DNA of 64,000 bases from an uncultured Acidobacteriota bacterium (GCA_963707165.1 CAVPPO010000001.1:38412-102411), one strand, 5' to 3'; numbered from the stretch's first letter, positions 19,150 through 28,976 are shown. Numbers and translations: made by a program. The notes: generated by a model from the sequence alone, not told the origin.

Positions 19150-20807
19150 AGAATCTTCATCACCAGCATCACGCGGTCGTCCTCATGCGTCCCGCCGCGC
19201 GAAAAACGCTCCACCTCGGCCAGCGTCAAATCCACGATCTCCCGCGCCGAAGCATTGCGATGTTTCTTCAACAACTCGACGAGCCGGTCGTAGCCAAATT
19301 CCTCATCCTCCGGATTGCTCGCCTCGGTAATTCCATCGGTATAGCCCGCAAGAATGTCGCCGGAATTCAGCTTCACGTTGCCGCGCTCGAACGGCACATT
19401 CGGAAATAACCCGACAACCATCCCGCCTTCGCGCAAATACTCGACGCTACCATCAGCCCGCAGCAAAATCGGCGGCACATGCCCCGCGTTCACGTAATGC
19501 AGTGTCTTGTTCCGCTGATCGAGGATGCTCAGATACATGGTCATGTACTTTTGGCCGCGCGTATCGGCCAGCATCCGTTCGTTCAACGCCGAAACGAGCC
19601 GCTCGAGCGAGTGCACGTGCGCGATCAGCGCATGCAGCGTCGCCTGCAAATTCGCCATCACCATCGCCGAGCCCACGCCTTTGCCTTCGACGTCAGCCAC
19701 CACATTCAACATCGTCTGCGGCCCGAGCGGAATAAAATCGTAATAATCTCCGCCTACTTCGAGCGAAGTCTGGTGCGACGCCTCAAGCTCAAATCCCACG
19801 ATCTGCGGTGATCGCTCCGGCAGCAGCCCGAGCTGAATGCTGCGAGCCAGCGCCAGATCCCGCTCCATACGCTGCTTCGCCAATACGTCGCGGTGAAGCT
19901 GCGCATTCTCGAGCGCCAACGCCACATGCACGGAAAGAGAACTCAGCAGCGAGACGTCCGCATCCTGAAACGGACCGCCTTTTTTATTCAAAAGCTGCAG
20001 CACTCCGCTCGTCTGTCCATTCTTGTTGCGGATCGGCAAGCACAGCAGCGTCCGCGTGCGGTAATTCAGCCGGCGATCCACTTCCGGCTCGAAGCGCGGG
20101 TCTTGATAAGCGTCAGCAAGATTCACAACCTCGCCGTGATGCGCCACCCAACCGGCAATTCCGCGCGAAGCCGGCAGCCGAATCTCTTCCTTCTCCAGGC
20201 CCAGCCCCACAAGCGACCAGATTTCATCGCGCTCGCGATCCAACAGAAAAACCGTTCCGCGATCCGCGCCGGTATAGCGAGTCGCAAGATGAAGAATGAT
20301 GTCGATCAATTCAGCAAGATCGAGCGTCGAATTCAGCCGCTGCGTCGCTTCCAGAACGATCGACAGCCCCGAAACCGCGCTGCGCCGCTCGCTGCTGACC
20401 AGCACCACGTCCGCATAGCGCCGCACCAGCCGCAACCAGTCAAGTTTCCCTTCATCCAGCGCCGCCGCGCCGAATACTTCGAGCGCGCCGCGGCATTCTC
20501 CATCCTTCCCGAGCACCCACGCCGCGTAGCTGCCATTAACAATTTCGCCCGCAGGCTGTTCGCGAAGCGCGCGGAGCCGTGCCGCATCCGCAGCCGGCAA
20601 TTGGCCGTGCTCGGCTGACACCGCCGCCTGCTCCGACACGTCACGCCAAATGCGCGCTCCCTTTATGCCGTCCTCACCGGCCACCAATGCAGCGATCTGC
20701 GCAGCCAGTTCCGCGGGCGCTGCTTCGGTTTGAATCGATCGCAAAGCCGCATCCAGCCGCTCCAGCGACGATGCATTTTCCTTTCCGCTCGCGCTCGACG
20801 CGTTCAT
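19146..20807 (-). CDS. GAF-domain PP2C (SpoIIE-family) protein phosphatase
   Basis: 553 aa with GAF-like segments followed by GGDYYDF, DVEGKGVGSAMVMA, TDGITEA and THEDDRVMLVMK. This is the typical SpoIIE/RsbU-type phosphatase domain. Confidence 0.9.
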   Translation of the reverse strand: MNASSASGKENASSLERLDAALRSIQTEAAPAELAAQIAALVAGEDGIKGARIWRDVSEQAAVSAEHGQLPAADAARLRALREQPAGEIVNGSYAAWVLGKDGECRGALEVFGAAALDEGKLDWLRLVRRYADVVLVSSERRSAVSGLSIVLEATQRLNSTLDLAELIDIILHLATRYTGADRGTVFLLDRERDEIWSLVGLGLEKEEIRLPASRGIAGWVAHHGEVVNLADAYQDPRFEPEVDRRLNYRTRTLLCLPIRNKNGQTSGVLQLLNKKGGPFQDADVSLLSSLSVHVALALENAQLHRDVLAKQRMERDLALARSIQLGLLPERSPQIVGFELEASHQTSLEVGGDYYDFIPLGPQTMLNVVADVEGKGVGSAMVMANLQATLHALIAHVHSLERLVSALNERMLADTRGQKYMTMYLSILDQRNKTLHYVNAGHVPPILLRADGSVEYLREGGMVVGLFPNVPFERGNVKLNSGDILAGYTDGITEASNPEDEEFGYDRLVELLKKHRNASAREIVDLTLAEVERFSRGGTHEDDRVMLVMKIL

Positions 20808-22459
20808 TTCGCCTCTCCGCGATACTGCAGCACAACCAGCGTGATGTCGTCGGATTGCGGCGCGCCGCCGGTAAACGCCTGAACTCCATGGCGGATCAGT
20901 TCCGCAAGCTCGTCCACGTTGTCGCCCGAAAAATCCTGAATCAGTTTGCGAAGCCCCAGATCGCCCAGGAGTTCGCCCCTTAAATTCGTCGCCTCGGAGA
21001 CTCCATCGGTATAGATGACCAGAAAATCGTCCTTCTCAAGCTGCGTGGTTCCATTCACAAACTCGGCGTCCGGAAAAAGTCCGACGGGAAAATTCGAGGA
21101 CTCCAGCGCCTCGAGCTCTCCCCCTTTCCGCCGCAGAATCGCCGGAACATGCCCCGCGTTGATGTACTCGATCGCTCCAGCCCTCGTCAGCACGCCATAA
21201 AACATCGTCGCGTAGCGCTCTTCGATGCTGCGTTCGCACAGAAATTGATTCACGCGCGAAACAATTTCCGCGGGCGGCCGATCCAGTGTCGCGGTCGTGA
21301 AAATAACGCCCTGCAAAAGCGTCGCCATCAGCGACGCGGAAATTCCCTTCCCCGAAATGTCTCCAACGAACAACCCGTGCCGCCCATCGCCAAGATCGAT
21401 CACATCGAAGCAGTCGCCCCCGACCGAATGGCACGCCAGCGTGAAGCCCGCAACTTGCAGCTCGGGCAGCCGCGGAAAACTTTTCGGCTGAATCTGCCTC
21501 TGAATTTCGCTGGCGATTTCGATCTCGTGGTCCAGCCGAGCCTTCTCGCGCGAGGCCGCAAACAGCCGCGCATTCTCGATCACGTTCGCCGCTTCTCGCG
21601 CGAGCGTCCGCAGCACTTCGCGGTCCAGTTCGGAGAACGCGCTCGATGGATTGTGGCTGTCGAGATAAAGCACGCCGAGCAGTTCGCCCTGCCGCGTGGA
21701 CACCGTCGCGTCCAGCGCCTCAATCATCGGCAATTTTTCGATCGGAATCGCCACCACGGTATGCAATTCCAGCCGCGCGACGCTTTCCTGCGCTCCCACC
21801 GCCGAATCTTCGCCCGTATCGCTCACGATCAATTCGCGCCGCGTGGTCATCACGCGCTTCAAAACGCCCGACGAAATCTGCACCGCTTTGTGATCGATCG
21901 CCGTCCGCTTGTCATCCCGAGCAACGCTCGTCTGCAATTCGCCCTGCTGATTCACCAGCAGTAACACGCCGCGCTGCGTGCGCGTCAGCGCAATCGAAGC
22001 GTCCACCACCGTAGTCAGCACGTCCTCCAGCGAAAGCCCGGTGCCCAGCGTCCGCGCCACTTCCAGCAGCACGCCGAGGTGATACAACTCGCGCGCGCCA
22101 GTGGCGGTCGGCGCCGGAATTTCCACTTTCTCGAGAAGTTCTTCGATCGACGCGGTATCGCCCAGGTAGATGAACCGGTAGGAATCGGTCATCCCGAAAT
22201 CGACGCTGTCCTTCGGTCGCAGCTCGTGGCGCAAAACTTTCTGGCCATTCACGTACGTGCCGTGACGGCTGCCCATATCCTCAAGAACGTAAACGCCTTC
22301 CGACGTGATGATCTGCGCCTGCTGCCGGCTGATGCGGCTGTCGCGCAAGGTCAGCTCATTGCCCGCCTGACGCCCAATACGGAATGGCGTCGACGCAATG
22401 GGCACCTCGCGGCGCACTCCGCCGGGCTCGATCAGCGCAATTCGAGGAGCTCGTGACAT
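20804..22459 (-). CDS. FHA + GAF + PP2C (SpoIIE-family) protein phosphatase
   Basis: N-terminal FHA (FRIGRQAGNELTLRDSRISRQQAQI...GSRHGTYVNGQKV), a central GAF, and C-terminal GGDCFDV, DISGKGISASL, TDGVSEA. ATGA overlap with the downstream phosphatase gene. Confidence 0.9.
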   Translation of the reverse strand: MSRAPRIALIEPGGVRREVPIASTPFRIGRQAGNELTLRDSRISRQQAQIITSEGVYVLEDMGSRHGTYVNGQKVLRHELRPKDSVDFGMTDSYRFIYLGDTASIEELLEKVEIPAPTATGARELYHLGVLLEVARTLGTGLSLEDVLTTVVDASIALTRTQRGVLLLVNQQGELQTSVARDDKRTAIDHKAVQISSGVLKRVMTTRRELIVSDTGEDSAVGAQESVARLELHTVVAIPIEKLPMIEALDATVSTRQGELLGVLYLDSHNPSSAFSELDREVLRTLAREAANVIENARLFAASREKARLDHEIEIASEIQRQIQPKSFPRLPELQVAGFTLACHSVGGDCFDVIDLGDGRHGLFVGDISGKGISASLMATLLQGVIFTTATLDRPPAEIVSRVNQFLCERSIEERYATMFYGVLTRAGAIEYINAGHVPAILRRKGGELEALESSNFPVGLFPDAEFVNGTTQLEKDDFLVIYTDGVSEATNLRGELLGDLGLRKLIQDFSGDNVDELAELIRHGVQAFTGGAPQSDDITLVVLQYRGEAK

Positions 22460-22616
22460 TCGAAAATGCTCCGCCCCAATAGATGCGCAAAATGCGCATC
22501 CGTGGGGTCAAAGTCACCGCTCATGGTAGGGAAAGATGCTTGCGATGTAAAGTGTGGCTCCGATGGAATGCTTCGATGGGATGCCGCTTGCCCGGCGCTC
22601 GCTGCGCATCGTTCTG

Positions 22617-23771
22617 CTATTTCGAGGTCGCGCCGCTGGAGCTGCCCTCTCCAACCACCAGCACGAGAATTCTCCCATCGGAATGAAAACTGCCGCCCGT
22701 GGCCGTCTTCGCTCCGGTGAGCGCGTTCTCGGGCGTGACATGCGCCCACTGCGTTACCACGCCTGATGCCACCAGCGTGCGAGCCAGATATTCGCGCTCC
22801 AAATCGATATCCGGATCGATCTTGTGCGTGACGCTACCATTCCGCTGGTCCTTCTCGAATCCGACGTCGTGCGTAGCCGCGCCCACCCACAGCGTCTCGC
22901 CTCCCACTTCGCTCGCTGACTTCCAAACGCGCAAATGATGCCGCGTCGCCACCACCGCATACGGATCGGCGTGTGCGAATCCAAAATCCTGCGGCCGCCC
23001 GAAGAGATAAAGCTCGCTCATGGGCATCTCGACATACTCTTCTTTCGACAAAGTCGAAATCAGGGTATGAACGACCGCGTCAGCCTTCGTGCGATCCACA
23101 AGCACCCAGCCGCCATTTTCGAAAGCCCGCTTGAGCCGCTCCTCCGATCCCACAATCACGAAGTTCACCATGTCGCCGGGATGCCCGTCCTTGTCGGAAA
23201 TCCGGCGCGGAATTCTATTGAGAATGTCACGCGTGAGCGCGGCCACGGCCCGTTCAGGCGGCATGACATAAGTCGTGTCGCCGCCGGATATCCCGGCGGC
23301 GCCAGCAGTTCCGCTCACCGGAATCCCCGAAGCCGCTCCCGCCTCAAGAATTTGAATCTGCACGTCGAAACTTCCCTCAGCCGTGTCGCTCGATTGCTCA
23401 TTCACACCAAGAAAAAGCCGGCCCGCGATCGGCACCACGTATTCAAGCTTCGCCCCGACAAGAAACGGCAGCGCCGCGTCAAAATCGCCAACGCGCCCGA
23501 TCAGCGCCCCGCGCCCCGCATCCTTCACCGGCGCCACGCGCAGCAAATCCTTCCAACCTCGCGGCAATCCCTCCGGTCCGTTCGCGGCAGCGCCCGGATA
23601 TTGAATCGTCCCCATCGCGGTAATACGAATTTTCTCGCCGGCTCTCAGATCGATCTTCGTATCCGTCCAGACCTGGCTCGCCGCCACCGTCACCGAAAAT
23701 GTCTTTTGATCACCTGCCGCCGAACGCAGCGCCGCGCCCGCTGCACATAAGGCAAGCCCGCACATCAGCAA
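22617..23771 (-). CDS. Secreted protein with LssY-like C-terminal domain
   Basis: VNFVIVGSEERLKRAFENGGW...ELYLFGRPQDFGFAHADP...RHHLRVWKS...LWVGAATHDVGFE matches the LssY_C pattern. The N-terminal start is uncertain (TTG 23771 or ATG 23765). Confidence 0.75.
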   Translation of the reverse strand: MLMCGLALCAAGAALRSAAGDQKTFSVTVAASQVWTDTKIDLRAGEKIRITAMGTIQYPGAAANGPEGLPRGWKDLLRVAPVKDAGRGALIGRVGDFDAALPFLVGAKLEYVVPIAGRLFLGVNEQSSDTAEGSFDVQIQILEAGAASGIPVSGTAGAAGISGGDTTYVMPPERAVAALTRDILNRIPRRISDKDGHPGDMVNFVIVGSEERLKRAFENGGWVLVDRTKADAVVHTLISTLSKEEYVEMPMSELYLFGRPQDFGFAHADPYAVVATRHHLRVWKSASEVGGETLWVGAATHDVGFEKDQRNGSVTHKIDPDIDLEREYLARTLVASGVVTQWAHVTPENALTGAKTATGGSFHSDGRILVLVVGEGSSSGATSK

Positions 23772-24081
23772 CTAACCATGTATCGCGAAGTCGGCGTAAG
23801 GACAGGCCCAACATGACATCTCCTGCGACCACGTGACAACTGAGCTCGAACGCGCAAGCATAACCTCCCCTCGCAGCGCCCGTTCAATGCCCGGCCGCAG
23901 TCACAGACCTTGCCTCCGGCGAAGGAGTCGGGTAAGGTGCCTCAGCGTCGCCCTATGAATCATGGGGGCTGAAGGCGCAATATCGCACGGGGCGCCATCG
24001 TTCGGATCGGCGCGCGGCGTCTTACCCATAGCTCAGAAAAACACAGAAACGTCCGGCGCTTCGGACAATTGGAGAGAAGCC

Positions 24082-24486
24082 ATGTTAAAGGGATTCAAGC
24101 AGTTTCTATTGCGTGGAAATGTCGTGGACTTGGCCGTCGGCGTGGTCATCGGCGCAGCCTTCGGATCGGTGGTCACGGCGCTGGTGAAAGATTTGCTGAC
24201 TCCGCTGATCGCCGCGGTCGTGAAGCAGCCGGATTTCTCGGGCTTCGCCTTCGAGCTGAACAGCGCGAAGTTTCTCTACGGCGATTTCCTCAATGCCCTG
24301 CTTTCGTTCGTGATCATCGCGGCCGCGGTCTATTTCTTCGTGGTCGTGCCCATCAACGCGCTGATTTCCCGCGCACGCCGCGAGCCGCCCGCCGACCCGA
24401 CCACGCGGAAGTGCCCAGAGTGCCTAAGCGAAATCCCGATCGGCGCGCGCCGCTGCGCGTTCTGCACGTCAACGATCACAGCCTAG
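24082..24486 (+). CDS. mscL: Large-conductance mechanosensitive channel MscL with C-terminal CxxC...CxxC zinc-ribbon tail
   Basis: Met 24082 is preceded by GGAGAG. MLKGFKQFLLRGNVVDLAVGVVIGAAFG is the MscL TM1 signature. The tail is KCPECLSEIPIGARRCAFCTS. The track ORF starts at 23962. Confidence 0.9.
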   Translation: MLKGFKQFLLRGNVVDLAVGVVIGAAFGSVVTALVKDLLTPLIAAVVKQPDFSGFAFELNSAKFLYGDFLNALLSFVIIAAAVYFFVVVPINALISRARREPPADPTTRKCPECLSEIPIGARRCAFCTSTITA

Positions 24487-24555
24487 CCGCCGTCGAGGCG
24501 CAACCAGATTCGCGCGCCAAGATCGCGTCGCCGCTTATCGCGGCGGCGCTGCAAC

Positions 24556-25215
24556 TCACGCCGAGCGCACTTCCTGGCGCTCGGCGTCAATGGAATTGCT
24601 CAGACGCCGCGTGGCTTCCCGCAAGCGCACCGCTAGGTCCACAATTGTCTCCACGCGTTGCACCGCGGCTACCGGCAATCTGTCGCGATTTTGCGCCAGT
24701 AGAAGCTCCGCGTTGCCGAGAATCCCCGTCAACGGATTGTTGATCTCATGACGCAGTATCCCCGCGAAATCCGCAGGTAACTCCTTCCAGGGCACACCCG
24801 CGGCGGATTCCGCCTGCTCCGCCCAGCGAATTCGTCGCAGCACAATCGCGGCCGCCAGCGGCGCAAAGTCTCCAACGCGCGAAATGAATTCGACATCGCC
24901 GCGCGCCACCCAGCGGCTGACCTCCCCGCCCCTCTCCGGCCCAGCAACGAGCACGACGGGCGCGAACTCAGTCAGCCGCAGCAGCGTTTCTTCGAGCGAG
25001 ACTCCGCCGAGCATCCGGTCGTCCACCAATGCCACGCACGGCAACCCGCGCCGCATTGCTTCGTGCATCCCCCCAAGCGTAGCGGCTGGAACGAACCGGC
25101 ATGCCGGTCCCGACTTCAAGATCGCGATTGCGATCCGGTGACTGATCGCGTCATCCGCTGTCCCCAATAGCACCACGTGCTCGGTGACTCGCGCGACGCT
25201 GGCAATGGCACTCAC
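24556..25215 (-). CDS. Pseudo-receiver domain fused to a HisKA (DHp) domain, without an ATPase domain
   Basis: The GTG start overlaps the stop of the upstream hybrid kinase (GTGA). The REC-like alternating beta/alpha pattern (VVLLG.., VALVDD.., VVLVAG..) has no recognisable conserved Lys. It is followed by the H-box LRHEINNPLTGILGNAELLL and a second helix. The ORF then stops, only 70 nt from the convergent mscL end. Confidence 0.7.
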   Translation of the reverse strand: MSAIASVARVTEHVVLLGTADDAISHRIAIAILKSGPACRFVPAATLGGMHEAMRRGLPCVALVDDRMLGGVSLEETLLRLTEFAPVVLVAGPERGGEVSRWVARGDVEFISRVGDFAPLAAAIVLRRIRWAEQAESAAGVPWKELPADFAGILRHEINNPLTGILGNAELLLAQNRDRLPVAAVQRVETIVDLAVRLREATRRLSNSIDAERQEVRSA

Positions 25216-27128
25216 GATCTCCTCGCAGCTTCGAATTGCTCGCCACCGCCGCTGCGGCTCGCCGCGGCGGATGCGTTCGCGCTGAATCGGCGATCGCGCT
25301 CGAGGATGGCGTGAACGGAGAGCTTCAACTCTTCCACCAAAAACGGCTTGTCGAGATGCGGCAGCCCGCGCGGTTCAAGAAAATCGCGCGTTCGCGGCGC
25401 CAGCGTGTCTCCGGTAATGAAGAGAATGCGATCCTTCATCGCGCTCCCGGCTTGCACCAGCGCATCGTAAAATGCCTGTCCGTCGAGCCGCGGCATCCGC
25501 AGATCGCATAGGATCGCGTCATAATGCCCGCGCGAGAGTCTCGCCAGCCCTTCCTGGCCGTCCAGCGTCACTTCGACGTGGTGCCCTTCCTCTTTCAGCA
25601 CATCCGAAATCAAGTTGGCCACCGAAGCCTCATCCTCCACCACCAGTATCCGGCTGGCGCCCACGGCGGTCGTCTGCACTGCGTTGGGCGATATTTCTTC
25701 GCGCGACTCCGCCTCGGCTGCGGAGACCAGCGGGAGATCCACGACGAATCGCGCTCCCCCGCCGGTTTGGTTCTCGAAGTACACGTCTCCGCCGTGCTGC
25801 TTCACGATGCCGTACACGATCGATAGCCCCAACCCGGTCCCCTCGCCCGGCGATTTGGTCGAAAAAAACGGATCGAAAATGCGCGAGGCGATTTCCGGCG
25901 ACACGCCGGGGCCATCATCCGCGACCTCAAACGCCACGCGCTGCGCCGATGGCTGGTAGGTGCGAATGGACACTCGCCCGCCGCCCCGGTTATGCAGCAG
26001 CGCCTGCTCGGCGTTTACGAGCAGGTTCAGAAAAACCTGCTGCAGTTGGTACGGATCGGCCAGCGTCAGCGGCAGGTTCTCCGCCAGCGAACAATCCACA
26101 GAAATGTTTTCAATCTTGAGTTCATAGCCGCGCAGCGCCAGCGTGCGCTCCACGATCTCATTGAAATTCGTTTGCGAGCGCTCCGGCTTGCTCTCCCGCG
26201 CAAAAAATAAGAGATTTTTCACAATCCGCCGCGCCCGCTCGGCTTCCCGATAGATATGTTCCGCTTCTGTGAGGGGTGCAGGACTCAGGCCGCGGCCCAG
26301 CAGAAGCTGCGCATAACCCATGATCGCGGTCAGCGGATTATTCAATTCGTGCGCGATACCCGAAACCAGTTGCCCCACCGCTGCCATTTTCTCCGTCTGC
26401 AGCAGCTTCGACTGAAAATGCCGCTGGCTGGTGATGTCCTGATAGGTCTCCAGCCATCCAACCGACCGCCCATCGACATCCACCACCGGCCGCGAATAGC
26501 GCTCCAGCACTCGCCGCGCCGGCTGGCTGATTTCCAGCTCGTCGCAATTGGCGTCCGTCGAACCGTCGAGGCTCGCTCGCCAGCGATACGAGAACGCCTT
26601 CGCATCCCGGACTCGGCTCTCGATGATTCCCGCCAACAATTTGTACTCTTTGATCGCGCTAATGCTTCCGAAATCGAGCCCAAAAAGCTGCGCGAACTTC
26701 TCATTCGTAAATCGGATTCGCCCCGCCGGACTGATCAGCAATACTCCCGCCGGAACAGCATCCAGCACGGTGCGCACCTCCGCTTCCAGGACCGCTTCGT
26801 CTGCGCTGTGCATCGGCTCATCTTTCACTACACTCGTTGCCATCATCTTCCTTCGCGTCGCCGCGGGCACTGCGCAAGAGGCTCTCGCCGCCTGCGAAGA
26901 TTCCGCCGCCTCCCCGCCCGGCAACTCGAACAGCAGAGCTTCAGCATCCTCTCGCTTCATCCCGATTGATTTCTTCATGCGTGCGGCTGTTAGCGCCCGT
27001 ACACAATTCCCAATGCACACAACACCCCAATCCAAATGGTGATGGCGTATTCGATTGTGACTCGGGCAAATCGAGCGGCTTTCCGTGCGTTCTGGCGTGT
27101 CACTGTGTCTTCTCCTCGCCAGAGACAC
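25212..27128 (-). CDS. Hybrid sensor histidine kinase (PAS - HisKA - HATPase_c - REC)
   Basis: H-box AHELNNPLTAIMGYAQLLL, DDGPGV, GTGLGLSIV, and a C-terminal receiver (ILVVEDE...CDLRMPRLDG...DKP). The true start is possibly Met 26978 (MKKSIGM...). Confidence 0.9.
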   Translation of the reverse strand: MSLARRRHSDTPERTESRSICPSHNRIRHHHLDWGVVCIGNCVRALTAARMKKSIGMKREDAEALLFELPGGEAAESSQAARASCAVPAATRRKMMATSVVKDEPMHSADEAVLEAEVRTVLDAVPAGVLLISPAGRIRFTNEKFAQLFGLDFGSISAIKEYKLLAGIIESRVRDAKAFSYRWRASLDGSTDANCDELEISQPARRVLERYSRPVVDVDGRSVGWLETYQDITSQRHFQSKLLQTEKMAAVGQLVSGIAHELNNPLTAIMGYAQLLLGRGLSPAPLTEAEHIYREAERARRIVKNLLFFARESKPERSQTNFNEIVERTLALRGYELKIENISVDCSLAENLPLTLADPYQLQQVFLNLLVNAEQALLHNRGGGRVSIRTYQPSAQRVAFEVADDGPGVSPEIASRIFDPFFSTKSPGEGTGLGLSIVYGIVKQHGGDVYFENQTGGGARFVVDLPLVSAAEAESREEISPNAVQTTAVGASRILVVEDEASVANLISDVLKEEGHHVEVTLDGQEGLARLSRGHYDAILCDLRMPRLDGQAFYDALVQAGSAMKDRILFITGDTLAPRTRDFLEPRGLPHLDKPFLVEELKLSVHAILERDRRFSANASAAASRSGGGEQFEAARRS

Positions 27129-27278
27129 AGCACAAGAAGAACCAAGCCTGTGGATAACTTAAGTGGATTTGAATCAGTGACTTGACTTAGAAGATGAGAA
27201 TTAAGAATTTCCCATTACGATGCGCCACCGTTCCCCGTCTAGGAATCGCGACCCGCTGGAACTGAGCTCGCGCTCGAG

Positions 27279-28679
27279 CTAGTTCGCTACAGCTGACTGG
27301 GCGTCGTACTGTTTTAGCTTACGGTAGAGCGTAGTCTTGCCAATTCCCAAAAGCCGCGCCGCGGCAAGCTTGTCGCCTCCCGCCTCACGAAGCGCCCGCA
27401 GAATCGCGCGCCTCTCCAGCTCTTCGAGCGGCAGGAATTCATCTTTATCCGGCAAGCGCTCCTGCGTCCCGTATTGCAGGTTCGAAGGCAAATCGCCCAC
27501 GTGCAGAATCGGCCCGGATCCCAGCGCCACAGCTCGCTCGACTGCATTTTCCAGCTCGCGCACATTTCCCGGCCAGTCGTACGCCAACAATCGCGCGACG
27601 GCATCCTCAGCAATCGTTCGCGCACGTTCTTGCCCGTCACTGAATTTCTCGAGGAATGCATTCACCAGCAGCGGAATATCATTCTTCCGCTCGCGCAGCG
27701 GCGGCAGCTTGATTTGCACCACATTCAGCCGGAAGAACAAATCCTGCCGGAACGTACCCGCCCGCACTGCCGATTCCAGATCGCGGTGCGTCGCCGCAAT
27801 GATTCGCGCGGAGATCGACACGCGCTCCGTCGAACCCACCGGCTTCACTTCGTGCTCTTGCAGCGCCCGCAACAATTTGGCCTGCAAATCAATCGGCAAA
27901 TCCCCAATCTCATCCAGAAACAGCGTGCCTCCGCCCGCCGACTCGAGCAGCCCCTGCTTGCTGTGAACCGCCCCCGTAAACGCGCCCTTCACATAGCCAA
28001 ACAGCTCCGATTCAATCAGCGTGGGAACCAGCGCCGAGCAATCCACCGGCACGAAAGGCTTGTTCCTTCGCTCGCCCAGATAATGAATCGAGCGCGCCAC
28101 CAATTCTTTGCCCGTCCCGCTCTCGCCGAGCACCAACACCGGATAACTGTGGTGACTCACCTTTTCGACCAGCCGGTACACGCGATTCATCTTCTGCGAT
28201 GTCCCGATCAATTCCCCGAATCCGGGCCGCGTCCGCAATTGCTCGCGCAACACGCGATTCTCCTGATCCGTCTCCAGCGAATGTACGAGCCGCCCCAGCT
28301 TGGTTCGCAGTTCGGCTACTCGAAACGGCTTGGTCACGTAATCCGCCGCGCCCAGCCGAGTCGCTTCGACCGCGCTGTCGATCGTTCCGAATTGCGTCAA
28401 CATCACCACGGCCGTCTGCGGATAATGCTCGCGCACGCGCCGCAGCAACTCCAGTCCTCCGAGTTGCGGAACGCGCAAGTCCGTTATCACGATGTCCACT
28501 GGAAATTGATCCAGGATTTCGAGCGCCTCTTCCGTGGTCGAGGCGCCGCGCGCCCGAATTCCGGTGTCGGTGGCGACGTCGCAGCACAAATCGCGCGCCG
28601 TTTGCTCGTCGTCAACGACGAGCACCGAAACGGTCGCGGGGCGTTCAAGAATGCGGGCAGGCTCAGGTTTCGATGACAC
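27279..28679 (-). CDS. Sigma-54-dependent response regulator (REC - AAA+ - Fis-type HTH), NtrC family
   Basis: Receiver (VLVVDDE...DLRVPQLGG), Walker A GESGTGKE, the GAFTGA motif, and the C-terminal HTH AARLLGIGKTTLYRKLK. Confidence 0.93.
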   Translation of the reverse strand: MSSKPEPARILERPATVSVLVVDDEQTARDLCCDVATDTGIRARGASTTEEALEILDQFPVDIVITDLRVPQLGGLELLRRVREHYPQTAVVMLTQFGTIDSAVEATRLGAADYVTKPFRVAELRTKLGRLVHSLETDQENRVLREQLRTRPGFGELIGTSQKMNRVYRLVEKVSHHSYPVLVLGESGTGKELVARSIHYLGERRNKPFVPVDCSALVPTLIESELFGYVKGAFTGAVHSKQGLLESAGGGTLFLDEIGDLPIDLQAKLLRALQEHEVKPVGSTERVSISARIIAATHRDLESAVRAGTFRQDLFFRLNVVQIKLPPLRERKNDIPLLVNAFLEKFSDGQERARTIAEDAVARLLAYDWPGNVRELENAVERAVALGSGPILHVGDLPSNLQYGTQERLPDKDEFLPLEELERRAILRALREAGGDKLAAARLLGIGKTTLYRKLKQYDAQSAVAN

Positions 28680-28976
28680 TTCGCAAACCCTCCAATCCTG
28701 GGAAATCAGGGATTCGCAGTTTCAAATCCGGTTGCAAGCTCCGAGCCATTTTAGGAATGTCGGTTGATCTATAGAGCGCCCGATGACTTCATCCCTATCG
28801 GCAGCGATTCCCACGGAGTGAATCTATTCCCGGATTGGAATTCACCGCAATCCGCATTAATACGGAGAGGACGTAAGTGCTTATTTCTCAACTAAGTAAA
28901 CGAAGTAGAACACCCGCGTTCAAAACGGAGGAACGTCAGATCATCACCGATTGCGAGGTTTTCGGAGCAGCCGCGG

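Noticed and set aside
23771-23812. Upstream ATG (23812, with GGAG) as the true start of the LssY-like gene
   Set aside because: It is in a different frame from the ORF and the encoded peptide is not signal-like. With only weak evidence I did not call another frame shift here.
27129-27278. Sigma-54 (-24 GG / -12 GC) promoters near the three enhancer-binding-protein loci. I also inspected 28680-28976, 30478-30773, 34452-34608 and 4223-4376.
   Set aside because: By eye I found no site with TGGCAC-N5-TTGC spacing. The nearest candidates (for example TGGCTTTCGTTGC at about 34571 and TGGCGCATCGTAATGG on the minus strand at about 27215) have the wrong spacing. A position-weight-matrix scan is needed before any claim.
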